Positions 21,883-31,463 are shown, counted from the stretch's first letter. The stretch: 64,000 nucleotides of DNA from Candidatus Eiseniibacteriota bacterium (GCA_963744995.1 CAVUWA010000002.1:1152001-1216000), one strand, 5' to 3'. The notes: generated by a model from the sequence alone, not told the origin. Numbers and translations: made by a program.

Positions 21883-22734
21883 ATGACGCCCGACCTGATT
21901 CGCACGGACGCGTACCCGATCGAACGCTGGAAGGCCGATGTCGCGGCCGGCTACGAGGGCGCGAAGCCGCTCGACGATCCGGCCGTGCGCGGCGCGGTCG
22001 AGGGGGCGATGGCGGCGCTCGATGCGGGTGACCTGCGCGTCGCCGAGAAGGTGAACGGCGAGTGGATCACGCACGGCTGGCTGCAGGAGGCGATCGCGCT
22101 CTACTTCCGGCTGCGGATCTCGAAGACGATGGAGGTCGGGCCGTTCGAGTACCACGACAAGGTGCCGCTCAAGAAGGGTCTCGCGCGGGCCGGCGTGCGG
22201 GTCGTACCGCCCGGCGTGGCGCGCTACGGCTCGTTCCTCGAAAAGGGTGTGGTGCTGATGCCCGGCTACGTGAACGTCGGCGCACGCGTCGGCGAAGGCA
22301 CCATGGTGGACACCTGGGCGACCGTGGGCTCGTGCGCGCAGGTGGGCAGGCGCGTGCATCTCTCGGGCGGGGTCGGCATCGGCGGCGTGCTCGAGCCGCC
22401 GCAGAGTCAGCCGGTGATCGTCGAGGACGACTGCTTCGTGGGCTCGCGCGCGATCGTCGTGGAAGGCGTGTTGGTCGAGGAGGGCGCCGTGCTCGGCGCG
22501 GGGGTGGTGCTGACCGCCTCGACGCCGGTCGTCGACGTGCGCGGGATCAAGCCCCACACGAGCCGCGGCCGGATCCCGGCGCGCGCCGTGGTGATCCCCG
22601 GCACGCAGCCCAAGAAGTTCCCCGCGGGCGAGTTCGGCACGCCGTGCGCGCTGATCATCGGCGAGCGCAAGGCATCCACCGACCGCAAGACCTCGCTCAA
22701 CGAGGCGCTGCGCCAGTTCGGCGTGGCGGTGTAG
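21883..22734 (+). CDS. dapD: Tetrahydrodipicolinate N-succinyltransferase
   Basis: RVVPP, MVDTWATVGSCAQVG, GGVLEP, SLNEALR. Confidence 0.95.
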   Translation: MTPDLIRTDAYPIERWKADVAAGYEGAKPLDDPAVRGAVEGAMAALDAGDLRVAEKVNGEWITHGWLQEAIALYFRLRISKTMEVGPFEYHDKVPLKKGLARAGVRVVPPGVARYGSFLEKGVVLMPGYVNVGARVGEGTMVDTWATVGSCAQVGRRVHLSGGVGIGGVLEPPQSQPVIVEDDCFVGSRAIVVEGVLVEEGAVLGAGVVLTASTPVVDVRGIKPHTSRGRIPARAVVIPGTQPKKFPAGEFGTPCALIIGERKASTDRKTSLNEALRQFGVAV

Positions 22735-22736
22735 GC

Positions 22737-23477
22737 GTGCGGGTCGCGGCGCTCTACGACATCCACGGCAACCTGCCGGCGCTCGAGGCCGTGCTCGCGG
22801 AGATCCGCGCCGCGGGCGTGGACCGGGTGGTGGTGGGCGGCGACGTGCTGCCGGGCCCGATGCCGGACGCGTGCCTCGACGTGCTGGCCGGGCTCGACGT
22901 GCCCGTGGAATGCGTCCACGGCAACGGCGAGAGCGAGGTGCTCGCCGCCCATCGCGGCGAGCCGCTCGGCCGGACGCCGGAACGCATGCATCCGACGATC
23001 CGCTGGGTCGCCTCGCAGCTGTCGGCCGCCCACCTCGCGGCGATCGCGGGGTGGCCGCTGACCCGTTCGCTCGAGCTGCCCGGGATCGGTCCCACGCTGT
23101 TCTGCCACGCGACGCCGCGCAGCGACGTCGAAATCTTCACGTGCCTGACCCCGGAAGCGCGCCTCGCGCCGGTATTCGCCGCGGTGGGTGCGGCGCTGGT
23201 CGTGTGCGGCCACACCCACATGCCCTTCGACCGCACGGTCGGCGAGGTGCGCGTGGTCAATGCCGGCAGCGTCGGGATGCCGTTCGGGCGCCCGGGCGCG
23301 GCGTGGCTGCTGCTCGCGGACGGCGAGGTCCAACCGCGCCGCACCGCATACGAACTGGACGCGGCCATGCGCCGCATTCGCGCCACCGCGTATCCGCCGG
23401 CGGCCGAGCTCGACCTCGCGGCGCCGCCTTCGACAGAGGCGATGCTCGAGCGCTTCGAGGCCGCTGCCCTGCGCTAG
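22737..23477 (+). CDS. Metallophosphoesterase family protein
   Basis: DIHGN, GGD, GNGE, HATP, GHTH, NAGSVG. Confidence 0.9.
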   Translation: MRVAALYDIHGNLPALEAVLAEIRAAGVDRVVVGGDVLPGPMPDACLDVLAGLDVPVECVHGNGESEVLAAHRGEPLGRTPERMHPTIRWVASQLSAAHLAAIAGWPLTRSLELPGIGPTLFCHATPRSDVEIFTCLTPEARLAPVFAAVGAALVVCGHTHMPFDRTVGEVRVVNAGSVGMPFGRPGAAWLLLADGEVQPRRTAYELDAAMRRIRATAYPPAAELDLAAPPSTEAMLERFEAAALR

Positions 23478-23489
23478 GAGGGACTCCGA

Positions 23490-24032
23490 ATGCCCGCTCT
23501 CAGGGCCGCGCTGTTGCGCGGCGTCAACCTCGGCCCCTCGACGCGGGTGCCGATGGCCGAGCTGCGAGAGCTGTTCGAGAAGCTGGGCTACACGGAGGTG
23601 CGCACGCTGCTCAACAGCGGCAACGTCGTGTTCGCGACGCCGCGCCGGCCGCGCGGCGACGAGCGCGTCCGCATCGAGAAGGCGATCGCGGGGCGCTTCG
23701 GCGTGCGGAGCGCCGTCGTCCTGATGACCGCGGCCGAGGTCGCGGCCGCCGTCGACGGCGAGCCGTTCGGGCGCGCCGCACCCGATCCCAAGCGGCTGCT
23801 GGTCGTGGCGCTGCGGGAGGTGAAGGCGAAGTCGCTCGTCCGGGGCGTGCTGGCGGCCGACTGGTCGCCCGAGGCGATCTCCGCGGGCAGGCGTGTGCTC
23901 TATCTGTGGTGTGCGGGCGGATTGAACCGGAGCCCGCTGTGGACGGCCGTCCTCAAGGCCCTCGGCGACGCGGGCACCGGGCGCAACCTCGCCACGATGC
24001 GCAAGCTGCGGGCGCTGCTGGAGCGGGCGTAG
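23490..24032 (+). CDS. DUF1697 family protein
   Basis: ALLRGVNLG, VRTLLNSGNVVF, TGRN. Confidence 0.85.
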   Translation: MPALRAALLRGVNLGPSTRVPMAELRELFEKLGYTEVRTLLNSGNVVFATPRRPRGDERVRIEKAIAGRFGVRSAVVLMTAAEVAAAVDGEPFGRAAPDPKRLLVVALREVKAKSLVRGVLAADWSPEAISAGRRVLYLWCAGGLNRSPLWTAVLKALGDAGTGRNLATMRKLRALLERA

Positions 24033-24333
24033 CCGCGCGTGGGGCCGGGGCGCTCTGCCTGGCGCGTCGGTGGCGGGCCCCGCGGCGCTGACGCGCACCG
24101 CGCTGCCCGCCCGGAGTGCGGTGCCCGGCGCGTTCGTGCCGTGGCGTTCGGCGCACGGTTCGTGCCGCGAATCCCGTCGCTGGTCGACGACCCTTCCGCG
24201 CCCGCGCGGGTGCGCTCGATCGCGGCGGCCGGCGCGGTCACGCTGGGGCTCCGGTTCGTCCCGGGCCGGGTCATCCGCGCACCGGCTGCGTTCCTGTGAA
24301 CCGCACGCTACGCGGAGCGGGCAGGGAGGCGCC

Positions 24334-25299
24334 ATGGCGCAGGGAGTCGCGGCGCCAGCGGGAGGGAACGTGAGCAGGCTTCTGACCGTGGGATGGCTGC
24401 TGCTGTGCGCGGGCTGCGCGCCGGCGCACGAACGCGCCGCCGTCGGGCCGCCGTCGTTCGACTACTTCGGCCAGCGGCCGCCCGGCCTCGTGCCCGAGGT
24501 GTTCGCGCCGGGCGTGGTCTCGCGCGACGACCGCTACGAATACGTGATCGCGTTTTCGCCGGATGGGAACGAGTGCTGTTTCGGCGTCACCGACTCCGCG
24601 TGGTCCACCTGCACCCTCTACGATGCCCGGCGCGTGAACGGAACGTGGACGACCCCGGCGCCGGCGGCGTTTCAGGGTGACGGCGACGGCTGGCTGCCGT
24701 CGTTTTCGCCCGACGGGCGCCGGCTGATGTTCTCGTCCGGGCGCCCGGACATCATGCACGGCTCGAACGCCTACGTCTGCACGAAGGGGGCAGACGGCTG
24801 GAGCGCGCCCGTGCCGCTGGAGGCGCCGGTCAACTCGCCGGGTTACGACTGGCGGCCGCTCGAGACGCGGGACGGAACGCTCTACTTCAGCTCCGATCGG
24901 CCGGCCGGTCTGGGGCAGATGGACCTCTATCGCGCGGCGCCCGCCGAACACGGCAGTCGCAACGTGGAGAATCTCGGCGCGCCGTTCAATACTGCGTCGA
25001 TCGACGCGTCGCCGTGTCTGTCGCCGGACGGGCGCGTGATGACGCTCGAGAGCTGGCGTGCGGGCGGGTACGGCAAGGGCGACCTGTACGTGTGCTTCAG
25101 GCAGCCGGACGGCACCTGGTCCGAGCCGAAGAACCTCGGTCCGGCCTTCAACACCGAGGCCATCGAGGACGGCGGCTCGTTCTCGCCCGACGGCCGCTAC
25201 TTCTTCTTCAATCGCCGGGCGGACTGGGAGACGGACGAGCAGACCGACCTCTACTGGGTCGACGCGCGTGCGCTGTTCGCGCCCGGCGACGTCCCGTGA
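24334..25299 (+). CDS. PD40 repeat exported protein
   Basis: YFGQRPPGLVPEVFAPG, FSPDG repeats, NLGAPFNT, DLYWVDA; alternative GTG start at 24370. Confidence 0.8.
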   Translation: MAQGVAAPAGGNVSRLLTVGWLLLCAGCAPAHERAAVGPPSFDYFGQRPPGLVPEVFAPGVVSRDDRYEYVIAFSPDGNECCFGVTDSAWSTCTLYDARRVNGTWTTPAPAAFQGDGDGWLPSFSPDGRRLMFSSGRPDIMHGSNAYVCTKGADGWSAPVPLEAPVNSPGYDWRPLETRDGTLYFSSDRPAGLGQMDLYRAAPAEHGSRNVENLGAPFNTASIDASPCLSPDGRVMTLESWRAGGYGKGDLYVCFRQPDGTWSEPKNLGPAFNTEAIEDGGSFSPDGRYFFFNRRADWETDEQTDLYWVDARALFAPGDVP

Positions 25300-25778
25300 A
25301 CGGACGATTCGACCCCGCGGCCGCGACGTTCGGCGAGCGCGAGCGCGGCATCGCCTGCCGCGTGCGTCCCGCCGCCTGCGCCATCGTGTTCGACGTGGCA
25401 GGACGCGTTGCCTGCGTCGACGTGGACTCGGGGCTGTTCCTGCCGGGCGGCGGACTCGCGCCCGGCGAGGATCCCGCAGCGGCCGTGCGCCGCGAAGTCG
25501 CCGAGGAGTGCGCGCGGGCGCTGGAGATCGTGGCCCGTTCGGACGCGCGGTGCAGTTCTTCCGCACCGCGCACGGCGAGGCCTTCGAGCTGCGTGCGGCG
25601 TTCTTCCTCGGCCGCTTCGGGTGCCGCGCTCGACCGCGAACCGCAGCATTCCGTAAGCTGGCATCCGCCGAGCCCCGTGCCGCCGCTCTACCATGCATGC
25701 CATCGCTGGGCGGTGCGCCGGGCGCGGCAAGCCGCCGCGCGCGGATCGCTCACGGCGCGGCGGGGCCGCACGATGTGA
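25296..25778 (+). CDS. NUDIX hydrolase, with a probable out-of-frame internal segment
   Basis: Nudix box LPGGGLAPGEDPAAAVRREVAEE; about 25535-25620 reads better in another frame. Confidence 0.7.
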   Translation: MNGRFDPAAATFGERERGIACRVRPAACAIVFDVAGRVACVDVDSGLFLPGGGLAPGEDPAAAVRREVAEECARALEIVARSDARCSSSAPRTARPSSCVRRSSSAASGAALDREPQHSVSWHPPSPVPPLYHACHRWAVRRARQAAARGSLTARRGRTM

Positions 25779-25920
25779 AGGGAGCGCGCGCGAGCGGATC
25801 CGGCGGCAAGCTCGGCCTCAACGCCACCCGGGCGATGGCCGCGGGCGGCATGGTCGGCGGCGGGATCTTCTCGACGCTCGGTGTCGTGGTCGGCATCGCC
25901 GGCCGCTGGGTGCCGCTGGC
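25775..25920 (+). pseudogene. N-terminal fragment of an APC-family amino-acid permease
   Basis: KLGLNATRAMAAGGMVGGGIFSTLGVVVGIAG resembles APC TM1; rest of the transporter absent. Confidence 0.6.
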
Positions 25921-25951
25921 TGATCGCACGCGGCGAGATGAAGGGGGCCTG

Positions 25952-26509
25952 ATGCGCGAACGCTCGATCGTCGCCTCGATCGAAGGCGAATATCGCCGCT
26001 ACCGGAATCTCGCCGAGGGCGCGATGGCGCAGCTCTCGGAGGCGCAGCTTGGTGAGTCCACGGGCGCCGAGGGGAATTCGATCGCGACGCTGGTCCGGCA
26101 CATGGCCGGCAATCTCGAATCGCGTTTCACCGGCTTTCTCGAATCCGACGGCGAGAAGCCATGGCGCGACCGCGAAGGCGAGTTCCAGACGCGCGAGGTG
26201 CCGCGCGCAGCACTGCTCGCGCGCTGGAACGCCGGCTGGCAGGTGCTGTTCGATGCCCTGGCGGCGCTCGACGACGCCGACCTGCAGCGCATCGTGACGA
26301 TTCGCGGCGTGCCGCACGCCGTGCACGAGGCGCTGCACCGCTCGCTCGCGCACGCGAGCTATCACGTCGGGCAGATCGTGTTCATGGCGAAGGCGATGAA
26401 GGGCCCGGGCTGGCGCTACCTGAGCATCCCGCCGGGGGGGACCGCGGCGTACAACCGGCGCCCGGAAAAGGAAAAGCCGCCCTCGACCCGCGAGCCGGGC
26501 GCGTCGTGA
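25952..26509 (+). CDS. DUF1572 / DinB-like protein
   Basis: NSIATLVRHMAGNLESRFTGFLESDGEKPWRDREGEF, HASYHVGQIV. Confidence 0.85.
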   Translation: MRERSIVASIEGEYRRYRNLAEGAMAQLSEAQLGESTGAEGNSIATLVRHMAGNLESRFTGFLESDGEKPWRDREGEFQTREVPRAALLARWNAGWQVLFDALAALDDADLQRIVTIRGVPHAVHEALHRSLAHASYHVGQIVFMAKAMKGPGWRYLSIPPGGTAAYNRRPEKEKPPSTREPGAS

Positions 26510-26515
26510 GAGCGC

Positions 26516-27055
26516 GTGAGGCCCGGCGGGCGGCTCCACGTGGATGAACGCGTGCGCAGCGTCTTTCTGGGGACGTCCGGACTCGCGATCGTGCTGGCCG
26601 TCGCGGTGGGGCTGGCGCTCGCCCGCCCTGCAGGGTCGGGGGATCCGGACGCACGCCGCCGGGCGCGATTCGCCGCCTGGCTGGCGATCGGGATCCAGGG
26701 CGCGCACTTCGTCGAAGAGCTGCTGTCCGGATTCCGGATCTGGTTTCCGGAGCAGCTCGGCCTCGCGCCGTGGTCCGCGGCGTTCTTCGTCGGCTTCAAC
26801 GTGAGCTGGCTCGCGATCTGGATCCTGGCCGTGCTCGCCGCCGGCCGCATGCGGCTCGCGGTGGACGCCGCGCTGCTCTTCCTCGCGATGGCGTCGATGG
26901 TGAACGGCATCGCCCATCCGCTGCTGGCGCTGCGGGAGGGCGCGTATGTGCCCGGCCTGGTCACGGCGCCGTTCGCGGGGGCGGCGGGGTGGCTGCTCTG
27001 GCGCGCACGCTGGGCGCTGCGCAAGCCGTCCGTGCCGGTGCCGGGAGTCCGGTGA
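26516..27055 (+). CDS. HXXEE domain membrane protein
   Basis: HFVEE, NGIAH, YVPGLVTA, several TM helices; start uncertain. Confidence 0.75.
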   Translation: MRPGGRLHVDERVRSVFLGTSGLAIVLAVAVGLALARPAGSGDPDARRRARFAAWLAIGIQGAHFVEELLSGFRIWFPEQLGLAPWSAAFFVGFNVSWLAIWILAVLAAGRMRLAVDAALLFLAMASMVNGIAHPLLALREGAYVPGLVTAPFAGAAGWLLWRARWALRKPSVPVPGVR

Positions 27056-27068
27056 GCACGCCGCCGCG

Positions 27069-27212
27069 TCAGCGGTGATGGCGGTTCTTCAACCGGCCTC
27101 AGCTCGACGGCCGGACGGGAAGGACGAAGGCGTCGTCGAGCTCCCCCGTCGCGCAGACGCCGTATCCGTCGGGAACGGTCTGCGGCGGCAACAGCCCGCC
27201 GGGGAGATGCAT
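27069..27212 (-). pseudogene. C-terminal remnant of a secreted protein with a broken SWGRLK motif
   Basis: ...DDAFVLPVRPSS*GRLKNRHHR*; TGA at 27099-27101 at the Trp position of the motif. Confidence 0.5.
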
Positions 27213-27338
27213 CTTGCCGTCGTCCTCCCGCTTGACCCTCCTCGCACCCCCTCCTAGACTCCAGCCGCGTTTCGGGTTGGACGCGCGCGCGGCGGTCGGC
27301 CGAGGGGTCGCCCGCCTTTCCACTTGGGAGGCAACGCG

Positions 27339-27803
27339 TTGGCGATCATCCGCCTCGAGGGTCTGTCCCTGTTCGGCCATCACGGTGCCCGGCCTTTCGA
27401 AAAGGAGGCCGGGCAGCGCATCGACATCGATCTCGAGCTGGTCTCGCTCGACGATCGCGCCGAGACCAGCGACCGGCTGGCCGACGCGGTGGACTACGAC
27501 CAGCTGAACCGCACGGTTCGCGAGGTGGTGGAGGGGCAGAGTTTCCACCTGCTCGAGGCGCTCGGCGCGGCCGTGGCGGCGGCGGTGCTCGCGCGCTTCC
27601 CGGTGCGGCGCGTGCACGTGCGGCTCGCCAAGCAGAACCTGGGCTGGACCACGGGCGGCCGCGCGGTGATCGAGATCACGCGCGAGCGGTCCGAACGCGA
27701 GGTCGCCACGCTCGTCCGCCGCCGCCGCGCGAAACCGAAGGCGGCGCGGAAGAAGGCCGCGAAGCAGGCGCCGCGGCGCGCGGCGCGAAGGCGGATCCGA
27801 TGA
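27339..27803 (+). CDS. folB: Dihydroneopterin aldolase with basic C-terminal tail
   Basis: FGHHG...EKEAGQ, AVDY, LLEAL; GGGAGG RBS; followed by folK. Confidence 0.9.
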   Translation: MAIIRLEGLSLFGHHGARPFEKEAGQRIDIDLELVSLDDRAETSDRLADAVDYDQLNRTVREVVEGQSFHLLEALGAAVAAAVLARFPVRRVHVRLAKQNLGWTTGGRAVIEITRERSEREVATLVRRRRAKPKAARKKAAKQAPRRAARRRIR

Positions 27804-28294
27804 AGGCGTACGTGGGGCTCGGCTCGAATCTCGGCGACCGCGAGGCGATGATCCGTATCGCGCTCGACGATCTGGCGCGCGTGCCGGGCACCCGGGTGCT
27901 GCGCGCCTCGTCGCTCTACGATACCGAGCCGGTGGGCGACGAGGAGCAGCCGCACTTCCTGAACGCGGTCGCCGAGATCGACACCGAGCTCACCGCGCGG
28001 CAGCTGCTCTGGAACCTGCTGCTGATCGAGAAGCGGCTCGGCCGCGTGCGTACGCACCGCTACGGGCCGCGCACGATCGATCTCGATCTGCTGACCTACG
28101 GCCACCTGGTGATCGACGAGCCGGATCTGCAGGTGCCGCATCCGGAGATGGCGAAGCGCTCGTTCGTGCTCGTTCCGCTGCTCGAGATCGATCCGCTCGC
28201 CACGCATCCGGTGACCGGGGAGCCGCTGGTGACGCTGCTCGAGAAGATCTCGACGCGCCCACCGACGCGCCGCGGGTCGCGGCTCTGGAACTAG
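27800..28294 (+). CDS. folK: 2-amino-4-hydroxy-6-hydroxymethyldihydropteridine diphosphokinase
   Basis: GLGSNLG, FLNAV, GPRTIDLDLL, VPHP, FVLVPL. Confidence 0.95.
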   Translation: MKAYVGLGSNLGDREAMIRIALDDLARVPGTRVLRASSLYDTEPVGDEEQPHFLNAVAEIDTELTARQLLWNLLLIEKRLGRVRTHRYGPRTIDLDLLTYGHLVIDEPDLQVPHPEMAKRSFVLVPLLEIDPLATHPVTGEPLVTLLEKISTRPPTRRGSRLWN

Positions 28295-28295
28295 G

Positions 28296-28946
28296 ATGCC
28301 CGACAACCGCTACGTCGTCGTCGAGGGCGTGATCGGGGTCGGCAAGACCAGCCTGGCGAAGATGCTCACCGAGCGGCTGCAGGCGAAGCTCGTGCTCGAG
28401 GAGGTCGAAGAGAACCCGTTTCTCAAGGACTTCTATCGTGATCGCGAGCGCTTCGCGTTTCAGACGCAGATGCACTTCCTGTTCTCGCGCTACCAGCAGC
28501 AGCGTTCGCTCGGACAGCAGGAACTGTTCTCGGATCGCACGATCAGCGACTATCTGTTCCAGAAGGACCGCATCTTCGCCGGCCTCACGCTGTCGGATCG
28601 CGAGCTGGCGCTGTACGAGCGCCTGGTCGCCTGGCTGGAGCTGGACGTGGTGAAGCCGGATGTGGTGGTGTATCTGCAGGCGAAGACCGACACGCTCATG
28701 GACCGCATCACCCGCCGGGCGCGGCCGTTCGAGAAAGACATGGACCGTGCCTACATCGAGCAGCTCAACGAGGCCTACAATCACTTCTTCTTCCACTACA
28801 CGGAGGCGCCGCTGCTGGTGGTCAACACGAACGGCATCGACTTCGTGAAGAATCCGGAAGATTTCGAGGACCTGCGCAAGCGGATCGTGTCGCACCGTGA
28901 AGGCACGGTGTACTACACGCCGCTGGAACGGGGGCGAGCCACATGA
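28296..28946 (+). CDS. Deoxynucleoside kinase
   Basis: EGVIGVGKTS, NPFLKDFY, FQTQMHFLFSR, PDVVVYLQA. Confidence 0.9.
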   Translation: MPDNRYVVVEGVIGVGKTSLAKMLTERLQAKLVLEEVEENPFLKDFYRDRERFAFQTQMHFLFSRYQQQRSLGQQELFSDRTISDYLFQKDRIFAGLTLSDRELALYERLVAWLELDVVKPDVVVYLQAKTDTLMDRITRRARPFEKDMDRAYIEQLNEAYNHFFFHYTEAPLLVVNTNGIDFVKNPEDFEDLRKRIVSHREGTVYYTPLERGRAT

Positions 28947-29779
28947 GCAGCCAGTCCACGGTCGGCGCGCGCAAGAATCCGCGCGCGAAGGTCACCGCGC
29001 CCATGGTGATCGACATGAAGCGCAAGGGCGAGCGGATCGCGGTGCTCACGGCGTACGACTACCCGATGGCGGTGCTGGCCGACGAGGCGGGCGCGGAAAT
29101 CATCCTCGTCGGCGACAGCCTCGGCACGGTGGTGCTCGGTTACGAGAGCACGCTGCCGGTGACGCTCGATGACATGCTGCACCACGTGAAGCCGGTCGTG
29201 CGCGCGAAGACGGCGGCGATGGTGGTCGGCGACATGCCGTTCATGTCCTACCAGGTGAGCGTCGAGCAGGCGGTCCAGACCGCCGGCCGGCTGATCCAGG
29301 AAGGCGGCGCCGACGCGGTGAAGCTGGAGGGCGGCGAACGGGTCGCGCCCGCGATCCGGCGGATCGTGGAGATCGGCATTCCGGTGATGGGCCATCTGGG
29401 CCTCACGCCGCAGTCGGTGCTGGGGATGGGCGGCTACCGCGTGCAGGGTCGCGGCGAGGCCGATCAGGAGCGGCTGATGCGCGAGGCGCAGCTGCTCGAG
29501 GCGGCCGGCTGCTTCGCGATCGTGCTCGAGAGCATCCCGGCCCGCCTCGGCGCGTCGGTGAGCGCGGCGCTGCGGATCCCGACGATCGGCATCGGCGCGG
29601 GCGTCGATTGCGACGGCCAGGTGCTGGTGAGCTACGACCTGCTCGGGCTCTACCTGGGCCGCACGGCGAAGTTCGTGCGGAAGTACGCCGATCTCGCCGA
29701 ACAGACCCGCGACGCGTTCGGCCGCTACGTAGCCGACGTCAAAGCACGGCGTTTCCCCGACGAGAAGGAAACCTATTGA
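28943..29779 (+). CDS. panB: 3-methyl-2-oxobutanoate hydroxymethyltransferase
   Basis: LTAYD, LVGDSLG, DMPF, VKLEGG, GHLGLTPQ, GIGAG. Confidence 0.96.
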   Translation: MSSQSTVGARKNPRAKVTAPMVIDMKRKGERIAVLTAYDYPMAVLADEAGAEIILVGDSLGTVVLGYESTLPVTLDDMLHHVKPVVRAKTAAMVVGDMPFMSYQVSVEQAVQTAGRLIQEGGADAVKLEGGERVAPAIRRIVEIGIPVMGHLGLTPQSVLGMGGYRVQGRGEADQERLMREAQLLEAAGCFAIVLESIPARLGASVSAALRIPTIGIGAGVDCDGQVLVSYDLLGLYLGRTAKFVRKYADLAEQTRDAFGRYVADVKARRFPDEKETY

Positions 29780-29847
29780 GCGCCCGGCGCGACACGTCCC
29801 GCTCGGGCGCCGCCGGGCGCCCGGCCGCGGTGCGGCGGCGGCGGATC

Positions 29848-30696
29848 ATGCGTTGTGATCGCCGCATCGCCACCGTGCGCCGCACGCTTGCACGGTGGCG
29901 CGCGACGGGCCGGACGATCGCGTTCGTGCCGACGATGGGCGGCATCCACGAAGGGCACCTGAGCCTCGTCCGTCGGGCGCACGAGAGCGCCGACCGCGTG
30001 GTCGTGAGCATCTTCGTGAACCCGCTCCAGTTCGGGCCCAGGGAGGACTACCGGCGTTATCCGCGCCCGCGACTGCGCGACCGGGTGCTGCTCCGCGCGG
30101 CCGGGGTCGATCTGCTGTGGGAGCCCGAGGTCAGGGATCTGTATCCGGACGGCCACCTCACCCGGGTGCGGGTCCGCGAGCTGGACGAGACCCTCGAAGG
30201 GTTCGCGCGGCCGGGCCACTTCGAAGGCGTGGCGACGGTGGTGCTCAAGCTGCTGAACGTGGTGAGGCCCGATGTGCTGTGGATGGGGCAGAAGGATGCC
30301 CAGCAGGCGATCGTGGTCGAGCGTATGGTCGAGGATCTGCTGCTGCCGGTAAAGGTCCGGCGCGGGGTGACCGTGCGCGAACACGACGGGCTCGCGTTGT
30401 CGTCGCGCAACGCCTACCTCACGAAGGCGCAGCGGGCGGATGCGGTGGGTCTGTCGCGCGGCCTGGCCGCCGCGCTCGAAGCACTGCGCGCCGGCGAGCG
30501 CGACGCAGCGAAGCTGCGCCGGCGCGTGAGCGGCACGCTGAAGCGCTTCCCGCTGGTCGAAACGGACTACGTGGCCGTGGTCGACGCGGTGACGCTGCGT
30601 CCGGTCAAGCGCGTGCGGGGCCGCGTGCTGGTGGCGGTGGCGGCACGCATCGGCCGGGCGCGTCTGATCGACAACCTCGAGTGGGAGCCCGCGTGA
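29848..30696 (+). CDS. panC: Pantoate--beta-alanine ligase
   Basis: VPTMGGIHEGH, SIFVNPLQF, RPGHF, GQKDAQQ, SSRN, RLIDN. Confidence 0.95.
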   Translation: MRCDRRIATVRRTLARWRATGRTIAFVPTMGGIHEGHLSLVRRAHESADRVVVSIFVNPLQFGPREDYRRYPRPRLRDRVLLRAAGVDLLWEPEVRDLYPDGHLTRVRVRELDETLEGFARPGHFEGVATVVLKLLNVVRPDVLWMGQKDAQQAIVVERMVEDLLLPVKVRRGVTVREHDGLALSSRNAYLTKAQRADAVGLSRGLAAALEALRAGERDAAKLRRRVSGTLKRFPLVETDYVAVVDAVTLRPVKRVRGRVLVAVAARIGRARLIDNLEWEPA

Positions 30697-31463
30697 CCAC
30701 CTTCCGACATCCGGGGGTGGTCGCCCTCGTGCTGGCCGCGGGCCAGGGCACGCGCATGAAGAGCGACATGGCGAAGGTGCTGCACGAGATGTCCGGACGC
30801 ACGCTGCTCGGCCACGTCCTGCAGACGCTGAACGAGCTCGGCGTCGGCCGGGTGCTGGTCGTCGTGGGGCATCAGCGCGAACGCGTGCAGGAGCGTTTCC
30901 GCGAGGCGGGGGTGGAATGGGTGATCCAGGCCGAGCAGCGCGGCACCGGACACGCCGTGCTCATGGCGGGTCCCGTGCTCGAGGACTTCCAGGGCACGCT
31001 GCTCGTGGTCTGCGGTGACACGCCGCTGTTGCGCGCGTCGACGCTCGATGCGCTGCTGCGCGGCCACGAGACCTCGGCGGCCGCGGTGACCGTGCTGTCC
31101 ATGCGGCTGCCCGATCCCGCCGGCTACGGCCGCATGATCCGCGGCGAAGGCGACGACCTCGAAGCGATCGTCGAACACCGCGACGCCAGCCCCGCACAGC
31201 GCGCGATCGACGAGGTCAATTCGGGGATCTACGCGTTCCGCTACCCGGACCTGGCGGTCGTGCTCAGCGGTCTCACCGCGAACAACTCGCAGGGCGAGTA
31301 CTACCTCACCGACGCGGTCTCGCTGCTCCGGCGCGCCGGTCGCAGGGCTGCGGTGGTCTGCGCCGACGACTATCGCGAGCTGCTGGGGGTCAACACCGTG
31401 GAGCAGCTCGACGACGCGGCCCGCGTTTACGCGGAGTTCCACGGCGGCGGGCGGAGCGGCTGA
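30693..31463 (+). CDS. GlmU-like nucleotidyltransferase, uridylyltransferase domain only
   Basis: LAAGQGTRMKS, GTGHAV, GDTPL, GYGR, EVNSG, NNSQGEYYLTD, GVN; stops before the acetyltransferase domain. Confidence 0.88.
   Translation: MTTFRHPGVVALVLAAGQGTRMKSDMAKVLHEMSGRTLLGHVLQTLNELGVGRVLVVVGHQRERVQERFREAGVEWVIQAEQRGTGHAVLMAGPVLEDFQGTLLVVCGDTPLLRASTLDALLRGHETSAAAVTVLSMRLPDPAGYGRMIRGEGDDLEAIVEHRDASPAQRAIDEVNSGIYAFRYPDLAVVLSGLTANNSQGEYYLTDAVSLLRRAGRRAAVVCADDYRELLGVNTVEQLDDAARVYAEFHGGGRSG

Noticed and set aside
27099..27101. TGA recoding as Trp or Sec
   Set aside because: TGA terminates many conserved genes here; no SECIS recognised
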